DNA from: a virus | IMG/VR virus record: IMGVR_UViG_3300018915_000002 | Reading direction: 5' to 3' (one strand) | Length of the DNA: 64,000 nt | Program-made: the position numbers and the translations under genes | Notes under the pieces: generated by a model | Seen by the model: only the letters and a program-made list of their open reading frames with translations | What the model was told of the DNA's origin: nothing | Databases searched by the model: none | Part shown: one piece after another, positions 18,261 through 27,822 of the stretch | Position numbering within the stretch: the first letter of the stretch is position 1 | Layout of the letters: each line of letters opens with the position of its first letter

Positions 18261-18482
18261 ATGAGCAATGTTCCGGTAGACTCTTCTGGGAAAACCTTTC
18301 ACCTCCCCGACGAGTTAGTTCAGACCGTACAAAATGTAGCAGCAGCGGAGGGCGTTAGCGAAGATGAAGCCCTTCGCCGATTGATTGTTGACGGAGCTTT
18401 CGTTCATCAACAGATGAATCGAGGTTGCAAGGTTCTTCTCCAAGACCCGTCGAAGAAAACCAAGGAAGTGATTTTTCGGTAG
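18261..18482 (+). CDS. CopG/ribbon-helix-helix-like protein
   Basis: TFHLPDEL...AAAEGVSEDEALRRLI; AAGCAAAACG-ATG. Confidence 0.65.
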   Translation: MSNVPVDSSGKTFHLPDELVQTVQNVAAAEGVSEDEALRRLIVDGAFVHQQMNRGCKVLLQDPSKKTKEVIFR

Positions 18483-18503
18483 GTAGACCTAGACTTAAAA
18501 CCC

Positions 18504-19794
18504 CTGCTCTCTAAAACTTGATCAAAGGTAACCATAGCTGGTCAGAGCTTATCCGTCTAGTTCCTGTTTCACCCTAGGAAGTCGGCTCCTTCTAGTCCAC
18601 AGGCGTAAATTCCGCTCAAGCCAAGCGTACTCGGTCGTCAGGGGCATTTTCAAGATTAATCGACGCATTTTCGTCGCGGTCTTGGGAGTACCCACATTTT
18701 TGGCAATTAAAAACCCTGTCCTTCAGCTTCATATCTTGGACATGACCACACTTAGAGCAGGTCTTGGAACTGGGATACCAACGGTCTACCAGTTCTACCT
18801 TTGTCCCGTAGTGAGGTTGCTTGTAAATAAGCTGACGACGGATTTCGTAAAAGCACTTGTCACTCACAGCATTAGCCAACTTGTGGTTGGCAATCATACC
18901 TGAGACATTGAGGTCTTCTATGCGGATGTTGTAAACACGACGACTTAGGTCTGTCGTCATCTTCTGAGTCGTGTCTTGGCGAATATTAGCAATTCGCGCA
19001 TGACGACGAGAGAGCTTAACGTAGTACCGTCTAGCCTGACCGGAGGCTTGTATCTTCAGCTTTTTATTTCCCAGAACCTTGTTACGATTACGCCATTGCA
19101 GTTTGCCGAGCTTGGTTTTCGCCCTTATTGTGGCAGCAGGCATCTCGTACTTAGTTCCATCGGAAACTGTAGCTAGACATTTGACTCCCAGATCCACTCC
19201 GACTCGTTGCAGTGGATGGATAACTGGGGGTATTTTTTCAGCATCTAGGGTGAAAGAAACGTACCATCTATCCGCCGTTCTCGAAACCGTGAAGGTCTGA
19301 GAACTACAGGTAAAGTCTATCTTCTCTTTCAAACGAAAGGTCGCCAACCCTGGAAGCTTAATTCGCTTTCCAGGATTGACGACCACTCTGTTTGTAAAGG
19401 GTAGTGCAGGCTTCCCTTTTTCGGGATATACTCCAGCCGTCTTATAGACAGTGAAGGAGTCTCCTCTCTTTTTGGACTTCTTCTTAGGAAAGCCAGATAA
19501 GCCCTTGCGCCAACGAGCAAAAGCTTCTTTGATGTCGATGAATGCAGATTGGTAGACCGTGGAGGGATACTTCTTCATCCACGCGAATTCTGGTTTCTGC
19601 ATTGTGACATTGGTAAAAACCTTTTTAATTGCAGCAATCCGCTTGGAATCACTCGCTTTTACATCTTCAAAGTCCCAACTGACGACGATTAAGTCGAGGC
19701 AGTAGTTATAAACAAAGCGCTTAAATCCAGCACAGCCACGCATGAGAGAACGTTCTCTGTTATTCAGTTTTAGTTCTCTTTTGAGGGCGTACAT
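18504..19794 (-). mobile_element. Solo TnpB element (IS607-like right end, no TnpA) with predicted omegaRNA region about 18504-18650
   Basis: Structured 3' segment ending ...AAGTTTTAGAGAGCAG on the minus strand; boundaries approximate. Confidence 0.6.
18616..19794 (-). CDS. tnpB: TnpB RNA-guided endonuclease
   Basis: HTH_OrfB N-terminus; RuvC GVDLG / IEDL / DRDENA; CxxC-CxxC zinc ribbon. Confidence 0.95.
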   Translation of the reverse strand: MYALKRELKLNNRERSLMRGCAGFKRFVYNYCLDLIVVSWDFEDVKASDSKRIAAIKKVFTNVTMQKPEFAWMKKYPSTVYQSAFIDIKEAFARWRKGLSGFPKKKSKKRGDSFTVYKTAGVYPEKGKPALPFTNRVVVNPGKRIKLPGLATFRLKEKIDFTCSSQTFTVSRTADRWYVSFTLDAEKIPPVIHPLQRVGVDLGVKCLATVSDGTKYEMPAATIRAKTKLGKLQWRNRNKVLGNKKLKIQASGQARRYYVKLSRRHARIANIRQDTTQKMTTDLSRRVYNIRIEDLNVSGMIANHKLANAVSDKCFYEIRRQLIYKQPHYGTKVELVDRWYPSSKTCSKCGHVQDMKLKDRVFNCQKCGYSQDRDENASINLENAPDDRVRLA

Positions 19795-19827
19795 GATTAG
19801 ACTTTTATCTTCGTGTGTTGATTATAA

Positions 19828-19860
19828 CAAAGACCTTGAGTGGCACTCAAGGTCTTTGTG
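19828..19860. terminator. Hairpin, probable terminator, upstream of tnpB
   Basis: ACAAAGACCTTGAGTG / CACTCAAGGTCTTTGT. Confidence 0.6.
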
Positions 19861-19894
19861 GTGAAGTTTATGTGGTGGGTGAGATCGCCTCTTC

Positions 19895-20671
19895 TTACCG
19901 GCTGATGATGATGTCCGTTGGCGTTGAGATTGCTTCTACCCCAAGGTTCTGCGAGAGTTGATATGCCGTTCCAGTCTCATCAATAAAAGTGAGGTACTGA
20001 TGCGTAATCTTCCGCCAGCTTCCGTTCCCAGAGACACAGCGCCAAGAAACGTCTACTCTAGTCTGTTCTGGAGTGATTACAGCGTTTTTTAGATCTCGAA
20101 TAAACTCACCTGTTTGTCTCCGGAACTGGGATAAATCAAATTCATGCCAGAACTCATGCCGTCGTCTGTTCACGGCTTGTTTCAAGGTGGTGGTAGTTAA
20201 CAAGGCAACGGAAGAGGCACTCATGACGACCTGCCTTTCGTCGCGAACTCGCGTAATTCCAGTGATCAATTTTGGGTTTTCCATCATCCAAGTGACTCGA
20301 TTCAGAACTTGTGGGCTAACAGTCAGTTCGCCAACCTCAATAGTAGGAACGGTAATGAGCGGTTCGTCTTGCATGGTAAAATCTCCTGATAGTTGACTTG
20401 TTGGTGAAGCGGATACAGGGATAGGGTTGTGGCTCATTGACCAAAAAATTTCTACAGCCGATTGTCCCCAGTCCCTGCAAGCACTCGCCAATTTCTTCCT
20501 TTTTTCCTTGTACAGCCTTTTGGCTGCCTGTGCGCTCGGAGTAAAGATGCGTATGAGATCGGAGCAAAACGCCCCAGGATAGGGAATATCATGCTCCTGA
20601 GCAAACATTTTCCAAGCAGCTTGGCTAACGATGAGTGATGCATCCCTGATTAGCGGTCCCGTTACTTCCAT
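19895..20671 (-). CDS. Hypothetical protein, C-terminal PAS-like fold suspected (alternative start 20374 with GGAG SD)
   Basis: Coupled to the repressor-like gene; fold guessed from sequence pattern only. Confidence 0.55.
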   Translation of the reverse strand: MEVTGPLIRDASLIVSQAAWKMFAQEHDIPYPGAFCSDLIRIFTPSAQAAKRLYKEKRKKLASACRDWGQSAVEIFWSMSHNPIPVSASPTSQLSGDFTMQDEPLITVPTIEVGELTVSPQVLNRVTWMMENPKLITGITRVRDERQVVMSASSVALLTTTTLKQAVNRRRHEFWHEFDLSQFRRQTGEFIRDLKNAVITPEQTRVDVSWRCVSGNGSWRKITHQYLTFIDETGTAYQLSQNLGVEAISTPTDIIISR

Positions 20672-21350
20672 TCCCAAATTCCTCCTTACGCATTTTCATT
20701 AACTGATCAAGACTTACCCCCGTAACGGACGAAATAAGTTCTAATTCTTCGTCGGTCGGTCTACCACCTGCTGCGATTGCACTAACTCGATTTTCGTGAT
20801 CCGTGATGATCTCGTCGAACAGCTCGATGCATTCATTTCGGTTTGATGTGACCAGCTTGGCTATAGTGGAAGGTTCAACTGATGATTGAATAGGTGACTC
20901 CAGTACGTTTTTTAGCCTGTCTTGGAGAATATTCCACGCTTTATTCATCACTTCCACTAGAAATAGTGGAGAGAGCTTGTTTAATAGCCGTAGAATCTCT
21001 CCAGCAATCTGAGCTTCATCAATAGGGGCTTCTGTTTCGTTTATCGCGGCGAAAATGCGATCGCTTGATAGATTACCTTTGATGTACTGTTTGAGATCGT
21101 TCTCATTGACCTCGATTGCCTGTGCCAGTTGACCAATGTTTTGATCGAGTATTCCCTGAGTCCCTCTTTCCCACCTCTTAACCGTTTCGACAGAGAAGCG
21201 TTTAGATGCCTCTGGAATATTTCGATTCAAGTAATTCGCCAAGGCAATCGAGTCCTTGCTTCCAATGCGCGATCGCACGAAAGCTATTAATTCTGCTAGC
21301 CGCGCACGAGTGGCTAGCTTTTCTTCTTCTGGTTGTTTTTTTCTGCCCAA
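20625..21350 (-). CDS. HTH repressor-like protein (CI-like position)
   Basis: FSVETVKRWERG XRE-type HTH; second HTH-like segment at the C-terminus; divergent from the 21601 operon. Confidence 0.65.
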   Translation of the reverse strand: MGRKKQPEEEKLATRARLAELIAFVRSRIGSKDSIALANYLNRNIPEASKRFSVETVKRWERGTQGILDQNIGQLAQAIEVNENDLKQYIKGNLSSDRIFAAINETEAPIDEAQIAGEILRLLNKLSPLFLVEVMNKAWNILQDRLKNVLESPIQSSVEPSTIAKLVTSNRNECIELFDEIITDHENRVSAIAAGGRPTDEELELISSVTGVSLDQLMKMRKEEFGNGSNGTANQGCITHR

Positions 21351-21600
21351 CTTCCTCCCTCCTCACTTCTCGTTGATTCTCTCATTTATCTCGTCTATTC
21401 AGCAATCTCATTGTCACAGGCTGAATAGCTAGATACCTGAGAAGGTTTTTCTGCACCCCTTGTCACATTTCGTTTTACTTGCTTATACTGATTGTAGTGA
21501 TTAAACGAGAAAAACGAAACTCAAGTTACTCGTTAAACACAAGCACCCTGACAGCGCACCACCTTCTCACCGAGGTGGTGCATCTCTAAAGCAAAACCCA

Positions 21601-22233
21601 ATGAACAAGCCCACAGAACAACTCAACGCGATCGCCTCCTCCCTGGAGGCTATCGCTTCACTGTGGGCGTATCGCAGCACGGAATTCCGTGGTCAAACCC
21701 GTCATGGAGAGATTATGAAACACAGGTTAATCAAGTTAATGGCAGGGGGCGCGATCGCACTCCCACTACTAATAACAACAACCTCTTGTAGAGGAGGCGC
21801 GACTGCTGTCCCAGTGGCACCGATTGTAGTAACTCCTGTTGCTGCTCCTTCGGTTGCCTCAGCTAATCCCCAAGCAGATAGGTGTCCTGATACGTGGACA
21901 GCGACTCTTTGGGTAAGTGATGTTCAACCAGAACAGGTTGAGGACATCAAGGTAACCGCCAAGTCTGATGCCGTATTCTGCCAACGCTTCGTTGGTAATA
22001 CTGATTCTGAGAAGGAATCAGAAGTAGGCGTAATGGTTAAGGTCGATGTGCCTGATATTTCAGCCGCACTGCCCCAGGAAACGATAACCTTCGCTAACCA
22101 AAAGGAAGCGGCGGAACACATCGCTAAGACCGAGGCTATGCTGTTGGATTCTGGGATAGAACCCAAAATCGATGCCACTCTCAAGCTCCTAGAAGAGGTT
22201 GGGTACAAGGTATCGGTCGGCTCTCTTGGATGA
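21601..22233 (+). CDS. Putative lipoprotein (alternative start 21715)
   Basis: MKHRLIK...LLITTTSC lipobox-like signal; leader motif before 21601. Confidence 0.6.
   Translation: MNKPTEQLNAIASSLEAIASLWAYRSTEFRGQTRHGEIMKHRLIKLMAGGAIALPLLITTTSCRGGATAVPVAPIVVTPVAAPSVASANPQADRCPDTWTATLWVSDVQPEQVEDIKVTAKSDAVFCQRFVGNTDSEKESEVGVMVKVDVPDISAALPQETITFANQKEAAEHIAKTEAMLLDSGIEPKIDATLKLLEEVGYKVSVGSLG
21678..21691. repeat. Perfect palindrome CACGGA-AT-TCCGTG
   Basis: Exact copy. Confidence 0.95.
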
Positions 22234-22260
22234 TCGCGAGTTCCGCATTAAAGCAAAACT

Positions 22261-22572
22261 ATGACTAATTTCACTCCAGAAACTACGGGTAGAGATATTT
22301 ACTTACAGGACTTCACTGATACCTGTAGGCTGATCTCCGCGTCCCAAGTAGTAGAAGAGTTAGAACTGCTTAATCAAGCGATCGCGAAAGCCAATCAACA
22401 AAATACTGGTGCAACGGATCGCTTGCTGATTGCGGGTCAACTGTACATCGACGGTAGCCAGTGTGATTCTGGCAAGGAAATCATGCGACAGTTTATCGCT
22501 CGAACCAATGCCAGCACTGAGAAATCACTGAATCGCCTCAGGGCGCAGTTAAATAACACCGATGATTGGTAG
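22261..22572 (+). CDS. Hypothetical protein
   Basis: TAAAGCAAAACT-ATG. Confidence 0.65.
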   Translation: MTNFTPETTGRDIYLQDFTDTCRLISASQVVEELELLNQAIAKANQQNTGATDRLLIAGQLYIDGSQCDSGKEIMRQFIARTNASTEKSLNRLRAQLNNTDDW

Positions 22573-22594
22573 GCAATGCCGCCAATTTTGTCCC

Positions 22595-22608
22595 CACGGA
22601 ACTCCGTG
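22595..22608. repeat. Palindrome CACGGA-AC-TCCGTG
   Basis: Exact copy, intergenic. Confidence 0.95.
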
Positions 22609-22634
22609 TTTAGTTTTCTAAATAAAGCAAAATC

Positions 22635-22841
22635 ATGATCAAAAGCATAAACAAGAAACCAGAAGTCATTAAAGTTCATTTGGAATTAGAGTTTTCGCCT
22701 CATCTTTTTAGGGCAATCAGACTGTTCCTCACTATCCGAAATATCACCTTTGAGCAGTTAATTGCCTCCTGGTGCGATCGCCTCATCCCCGATGCTCCCG
22801 ATATCCCTGATGAGGTGTCGGAGGTCGAGCGATCGCGCTAG
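22635..22841 (+). CDS. Small RHH-like protein
   Basis: TAAAGCAAAATC-ATG; beta-alpha-alpha pattern. Confidence 0.55.
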   Translation: MIKSINKKPEVIKVHLELEFSPHLFRAIRLFLTIRNITFEQLIASWCDRLIPDAPDIPDEVSEVERSR

Positions 22842-22949
22842 TCAGGGAGTTTTTCCCACCCGTGCTTCTGAAGAAGAAGGCGGGATGGGGTAATCCCCCG
22901 TAAGTAAGAGCGGAGTGTGGTGTGTGAGATTAGTCCAGCGATTTTAGTC

Positions 22950-24020
22950 ATGGCATTAAAGATTGAATATGGCGACAAACCATTTGACGAGGGAGAGGAA
23001 GGAGTTCAGTCGGAACCCGAACCCGAACTCGAAAACTTAGAGGAAGAGGCAAGATCTGTGCAAGCTGAAGTCCTTTCACCAGAAGAGGAGATCAACTACC
23101 CACCAAATGAACCAAGTCGGTCATCAGAGGAAGAGGACAATACCTACGTCTTTGACACTAGGGTTGGCAAACTCGAACTCATTAACTACTTGCCACGAGT
23201 ACCTCGCGAGGTACTTGATGGAGAGCGCGATTTTACCGAAGAAGAGTGGGCGCTCGCCTCCGAAGATTACAACCGAGGCTTTCGACCAATCGAGAAGCGG
23301 TATCTCATCAAGTACCAGGTTCCCGATGATGCGTCCAGGTTCCGTACCCAGGAGGATCTAAGCCGCTACTGCATCAAAATGTCTCCGGGCATGATTGGCA
23401 GGTGGGTAAAAGCGACGACAAATGAGTCGGCTCAGAGGTTTCCGAGGCATCTACTCAAGGATGACTACGGGTTTACCCAGTATGCGGTAGCCGTCTACCG
23501 CAACTTAATGAATTACACCTGCACCAGGCGATTCAAGGCGGATGCCAACGGATTCATTGATTGGGAAAAGATTGATCGGGATGCCGAAGTCTCGCCCATT
23601 AAAGATCCGGAATTGAGCGAGGCTAATCCAAGTCACGCGCTTAATTCCAGTTACTGGGAAAAACTTCAAGAGCAGTGGGATGACTACTGCAACTTGATGG
23701 CTTGGATAGAGGAATACAAGCAGTTTCTTTCCCTCAGAAGCCAACAACCAGAAGTGATGGACTTTGATGGACAAGGCGATCGCGTCTTAGCTCAACAGAT
23801 GAGCCAGTTCGCTGCCAAGGTTGAACTCACTAAACAGGCAGCACTCCAATACCTTGATCAAGAACTGGATGATCTCAATAAAAAGGCGGTGACCAAGGCA
23901 AAGGTGAAGGCGGCAAAAGGCAGGGCGGATGCTCTAGATGCCTACGCTGAAACCTTTAATCAAAGAGATCCCCAGCCAGTCCCTGAGGAAGAAGATTTGT
24001 GGTCAGGCGAACAATCCTGA
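22950..24020 (+). CDS. Acidic/coiled-coil hypothetical protein upstream of the ParM-like gene
   Basis: Long ORF in the operon. Confidence 0.7.
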   Translation: MALKIEYGDKPFDEGEEGVQSEPEPELENLEEEARSVQAEVLSPEEEINYPPNEPSRSSEEEDNTYVFDTRVGKLELINYLPRVPREVLDGERDFTEEEWALASEDYNRGFRPIEKRYLIKYQVPDDASRFRTQEDLSRYCIKMSPGMIGRWVKATTNESAQRFPRHLLKDDYGFTQYAVAVYRNLMNYTCTRRFKADANGFIDWEKIDRDAEVSPIKDPELSEANPSHALNSSYWEKLQEQWDDYCNLMAWIEEYKQFLSLRSQQPEVMDFDGQGDRVLAQQMSQFAAKVELTKQAALQYLDQELDDLNKKAVTKAKVKAAKGRADALDAYAETFNQRDPQPVPEEEDLWSGEQS

Positions 24021-24047
24021 CCGCGTACACCCTAGAAAAGGATAGAT

Positions 24048-25253
24048 ATGAGTACGTCCAAAGCAAAAGCATTACCGGCAGCCAATCTCGGTCTCGTTCA
24101 GTTTACTGACGAGAAAGACGACATTGATCCGGCTGATAGCGCGATGCAAATCAAGCTTAGTTCCAGTGATCCGGATCGCGCCATCATCAAACTCGCTCGA
24201 CCAGAGGCTCTTCCTGATGGGCACAACGTTTGCATGGATATGGGACGGCGATTCATCAAGATTGCCTACTGGAAAAATCCTTCAACCATTGTCATCGACA
24301 AAATGCCGACGGAACTCGCTGACGTGCCAGCGGAAAAAAACCTAGGGGTAGCCAAGAGTAAGTTCTTGGCTAGGAACCAAAAGAAGGTAGCGGCTAAGAA
24401 TCGAGTTAGTATCACCTATTTGGATAAGACCTACACTGCCGCTCTTCGCGCCCAGAAGCTAGGCGGAAAAAGAGGATTAGGGGAAAAGAAGACTAAAGAT
24501 CTCCTACCTCGTGTCCTTTGTGCCTTGACCCTGCACGAAATAAAGGAAGGGAAAGTTAACCTCATCCTCACTATTCCCTTTGAGGGGGCTAGTGATTGGG
24601 CTACCCAAGAAGCTATGGCGGCTGAGCTTGTGGATGGCCAACGAGTTTGGACTTCGGACTTGGGTCTACATGATGTCACCATTCGGTGTGCTGTTGTCCC
24701 TGAGAGCTTCTATGCCGAGAAGTTCCCTCGGCTTTCCGGTTCGGAATCTCCGGACTGGGAAGAAATTGACCACCACGTTTTTGACTTCGGATATCAAACC
24801 TTCCTGAAATCAACATTCGTGTTTGACCCAATCATGGAACGGTCTTCCTTTGACCCAGACCTTTCCGCTTGCTACGACGGCAAAGGCTTAAGCCTCTACT
24901 ATGAGTACGTCGCAGTGGCTTGTGGTTACGGCAAAGAGAATTCTGAAGACCCAGCTTTTATCGAAGCGGTTAACAGAGAAGACGAAAACTTTGTGTGCTC
25001 GAAAGGAACGCTGGTTCTCACACCGGCGATCGCAATAGCCTCTACTCGTTACCTCAACGAGATCGTCGCGCTTGCCAATCCTTCTCCTGGTATCGTTCAC
25101 TTCCAGATAGTAGGTGGTGGAGCATATAAGTTCGGTCAAGAATTCTGCAATCACTTTGAGTACGCAGAAACCTTTGTGACTGACTTACCTGACCTAGCCA
25201 ACATCATTGGTCAAGCGATTAGCTTGCCAACTGAAGAATTATTCAACGATTAA
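24048..25253 (+). CDS. ParM/StbA-like actin ATPase
   Basis: MDMGRRFIK (phosphate 1), VPES, FDFGYQT (phosphate 2), VGGGA (adenosine). Confidence 0.8.
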   Translation: MSTSKAKALPAANLGLVQFTDEKDDIDPADSAMQIKLSSSDPDRAIIKLARPEALPDGHNVCMDMGRRFIKIAYWKNPSTIVIDKMPTELADVPAEKNLGVAKSKFLARNQKKVAAKNRVSITYLDKTYTAALRAQKLGGKRGLGEKKTKDLLPRVLCALTLHEIKEGKVNLILTIPFEGASDWATQEAMAAELVDGQRVWTSDLGLHDVTIRCAVVPESFYAEKFPRLSGSESPDWEEIDHHVFDFGYQTFLKSTFVFDPIMERSSFDPDLSACYDGKGLSLYYEYVAVACGYGKENSEDPAFIEAVNREDENFVCSKGTLVLTPAIAIASTRYLNEIVALANPSPGIVHFQIVGGGAYKFGQEFCNHFEYAETFVTDLPDLANIIGQAISLPTEELFND

Positions 25254-25316
25254 GTAGCCACGTCACCCAGTCCATAAGGACTGGGTGAGGATGCAAGCCG
25301 AAACAAAAAGGAATCC

Positions 25317-25745
25317 ATGACTAACTCAACACAAACCCTTACCCCAGAAGCTTTCAAGGCAGCACTCCTCGGAATGGAGACTCAATATCCGAAATTAGCC
25401 TCTTCTCTAGAGAACCTAAGGAAAGAGGTGGAGGGCACCTTGTACGGACACCTGATGGAACCTCATCTTTGGATGAAAATGGCGGTGGGTCTTGAATACC
25501 CAGAAATCGCAGCCCAAGGGGCAGACATAGCGGCTTGTTTCACTGTTGAATTTATTGCAGGAATGGAGAAACAAGCCGGATATTACCTGGAATATTTACC
25601 TAAGTACTGTAATAGCTACCCGATGGTTCAGGAGTTCCATGAACTCGTAACTAAGTACATCAAGGAACACTCAGGTCAATTCATCCGCCAAGCCCCTCCA
25701 ATCACTAACGAGCGGATTGATCGTGCCCGCAGGAATTTCGGCTAG
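25317..25745 (+). CDS. Hypothetical protein
   Basis: AGGA SD, 142 aa. Confidence 0.65.
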   Translation: MTNSTQTLTPEAFKAALLGMETQYPKLASSLENLRKEVEGTLYGHLMEPHLWMKMAVGLEYPEIAAQGADIAACFTVEFIAGMEKQAGYYLEYLPKYCNSYPMVQEFHELVTKYIKEHSGQFIRQAPPITNERIDRARRNFG

Positions 25746-25768
25746 TAGATGACTGCACCTTCCTAGCT

Positions 25769-26401
25769 ATGGTGGCTAGGCGGGATGGAGTCATTTACCA
25801 GACGAACATGACAAAAACTGCTCTTGCCTCAGATTGGGGGGATGAAGATGAACCTAACCCCCGAAAATTCAACCGCTTCTACAATCGCCCAGGAGCAGAG
25901 GTGTTACGAAACCTCAAAATCCCGGTCGATATCTTAGATCGCATTGAACGGTTTAAGGAAGAAAACAATCTAGATCCAGACAAAATAGCCAAGGCGGCTG
26001 AATCAGGCAGTGAAATTGCGGATGCAGTCAGCGAGGAATTAACTAACGTCAAGCTTATAGCAATGGAAGGCTTGATCGTCCAGCAGGGAATAAATTCCCT
26101 ATCAAAAACCCAAGCAGGCGTTGAACAACAGCAAAAAATTCATACCCGAAATCAACACCTGCTTAAGCGAAATCGAGAGTTAGAGGCATACACAAAAGAT
26201 CTAGTCATAACGTTGACTTGGACACAGCTTAAAGCCGCTCTCCCTTACATTGGCATTGCTGCTCTTTGCATCACTGCTGTTGCCGTAACCCACCTAGCCA
26301 CTAAATCGTCAAATGGTAGTAGCGTTTCGCCCAACCAAAGTCAGTCGCCAGCCGTTCAGCCCCAAGTCGTGCCATCTACTGGGGCAAGTCCAGGAAGTTG
26401 A
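25769..26401 (+). CDS. Coiled-coil protein with C-terminal TM helix
   Basis: LPYIGIAALCITAVAV. Confidence 0.65.
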   Translation: MVARRDGVIYQTNMTKTALASDWGDEDEPNPRKFNRFYNRPGAEVLRNLKIPVDILDRIERFKEENNLDPDKIAKAAESGSEIADAVSEELTNVKLIAMEGLIVQQGINSLSKTQAGVEQQQKIHTRNQHLLKRNRELEAYTKDLVITLTWTQLKAALPYIGIAALCITAVAVTHLATKSSNGSSVSPNQSQSPAVQPQVVPSTGASPGS

Positions 26402-27581
26402 GGAGAAACTTGCCTCCCTTCAGGAGCTGGTCAAATTCAACTCAGATTGTGTTCAAGCTCATTTTTCATTCCATGAACTACTTGTCCTTGTTGAAGACCG
26501 TTCCACGGAACTCAAGAAGGCAGGTAAATACAACGAGGCGATACGCCAACTTATCGCTCTTGCCGCTGTTATTGGGGTTTCAATCGCCACGTTTGGTGGA
26601 GAGGTTCGCGTAGAATCCTCCTCCTCGCCTCACCTTGTTGGCGATCGCATTGAAGTTGTTCAAGGCACATCCACCCAAGACTCGCAAGCTGTTCAGTCGA
26701 AACAAGTTGCTCCCAGTGCCGTGCGTAAGCAGGTTGCCACCCAAGACGAGAAAATTACGGCATTGATGAGAGCCATTATTGGACAGGAGTCTGCGGGTAA
26801 GTTCAAGGCGGTGAATCCGCACTCCGGAGCATTGGGCTATGGCCAAGTCATGGCAGCTAATGTGCCAAGTTGGACAACGGAAGCCCTCGGCTATGAACTT
26901 TCCACTAGCGAGTTTCTGAACTCGCCCAAGCTGCAAATTAAGGTGATCAAATTCCAGCTTAGTAAAGCTTGGAACTCTCAATTAGCTGTAGCTAAAACAG
27001 AAGAACAGCTCGTTCGCCGTGTAGCTTCGATCTGGTACTCTGGACGCTCTAAGCTCTGGAATAATACCAAGCCCCAGTTCTACAACGGACATCCCTACCC
27101 CAGTATCAATGATTACACCAAGTCGGTGTTTCAGAAGTACCAGAGGGAACTTAGTGGGGAGAAAAGTGAACTAAAAATTGATAGTGCCACACCCGCTAAG
27201 GATGAGCAGATTGCTGGCTATACCGTTACTTCTCCTTGGGGCAAGCGCAATACGGGAATTCCAGGGGCAACTAAATTCCATAAAGGCACTGATCTGAACT
27301 TACCCGAAGGGACAAAAGTTTATCCCATCGGCGAGGCAAAGAACTTCCGCTGCTGGTGGGATAACAGTGGAGGTGGCAATGTTGCCAGCTTTGATGTCCC
27401 TTCCGTTGGCAAGTCCTTCGACTACCTTCATCTGAAGGAGTGCAATGCGGCTACTAAAGAAATGCGGAGTGGTAGCACCGGCATTGGTGCCGCACACCTC
27501 CACATCACTCAGAGGGATGCCTCTGGGAAGAAGGAACCAGCTTGGAGGAAGTTCATCAAGCAGGCAATTAGAGGAAAGTGA
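26313..27581 (+). CDS. Membrane-anchored lytic transglycosylase plus M23 peptidase (start probably near 26395)
   Basis: TM helix; QES...GALGYGQVM (SLT-like); HKGTD and HLH (M23). Confidence 0.8.
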   Translation: MVVAFRPTKVSRQPFSPKSCHLLGQVQEVEEKLASLQELVKFNSDCVQAHFSFHELLVLVEDRSTELKKAGKYNEAIRQLIALAAVIGVSIATFGGEVRVESSSSPHLVGDRIEVVQGTSTQDSQAVQSKQVAPSAVRKQVATQDEKITALMRAIIGQESAGKFKAVNPHSGALGYGQVMAANVPSWTTEALGYELSTSEFLNSPKLQIKVIKFQLSKAWNSQLAVAKTEEQLVRRVASIWYSGRSKLWNNTKPQFYNGHPYPSINDYTKSVFQKYQRELSGEKSELKIDSATPAKDEQIAGYTVTSPWGKRNTGIPGATKFHKGTDLNLPEGTKVYPIGEAKNFRCWWDNSGGGNVASFDVPSVGKSFDYLHLKECNAATKEMRSGSTGIGAAHLHITQRDASGKKEPAWRKFIKQAIRGK

Positions 27582-27820
27582 CTCAGAATATAGACCTTCT
27601 AAAAGAGTTTGACTTTTGCAGACTCCGAATACTTTTAGTCACAAAAAAGGAAGAAGATTTAATGCGTGATCTCTTGGATTTAATGAGAGGTGTGCGCGTC
27701 GTCTTTCACTTACTTTCTGAAGATTGCAAACAAGAAGCTATCGAACTGTTTCATACAAGAGGATACTTTACTGCCACAACCAAGGTTCGCATACTGGTTT
27801 CAAAGAGCAAGCTACTTTAG
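27578..27820 (+). CDS. Hypothetical protein, paralogue of the next gene
   Basis: Shared DL.K.F.F...RDLL...GYF...VSKS. Confidence 0.65.
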   Translation: MTQNIDLLKEFDFCRLRILLVTKKEEDLMRDLLDLMRGVRVVFHLLSEDCKQEAIELFHTRGYFTATTKVRILVSKSKLL

Positions 27821-27822
27821 CC

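Noticed and set aside
22843-22900. GC-rich hairpin here (and at about 28388-28420) as a tRNA or known ncRNA
   Set aside because: No cloverleaf, T-loop or CCA; cannot be assigned without a covariance search.
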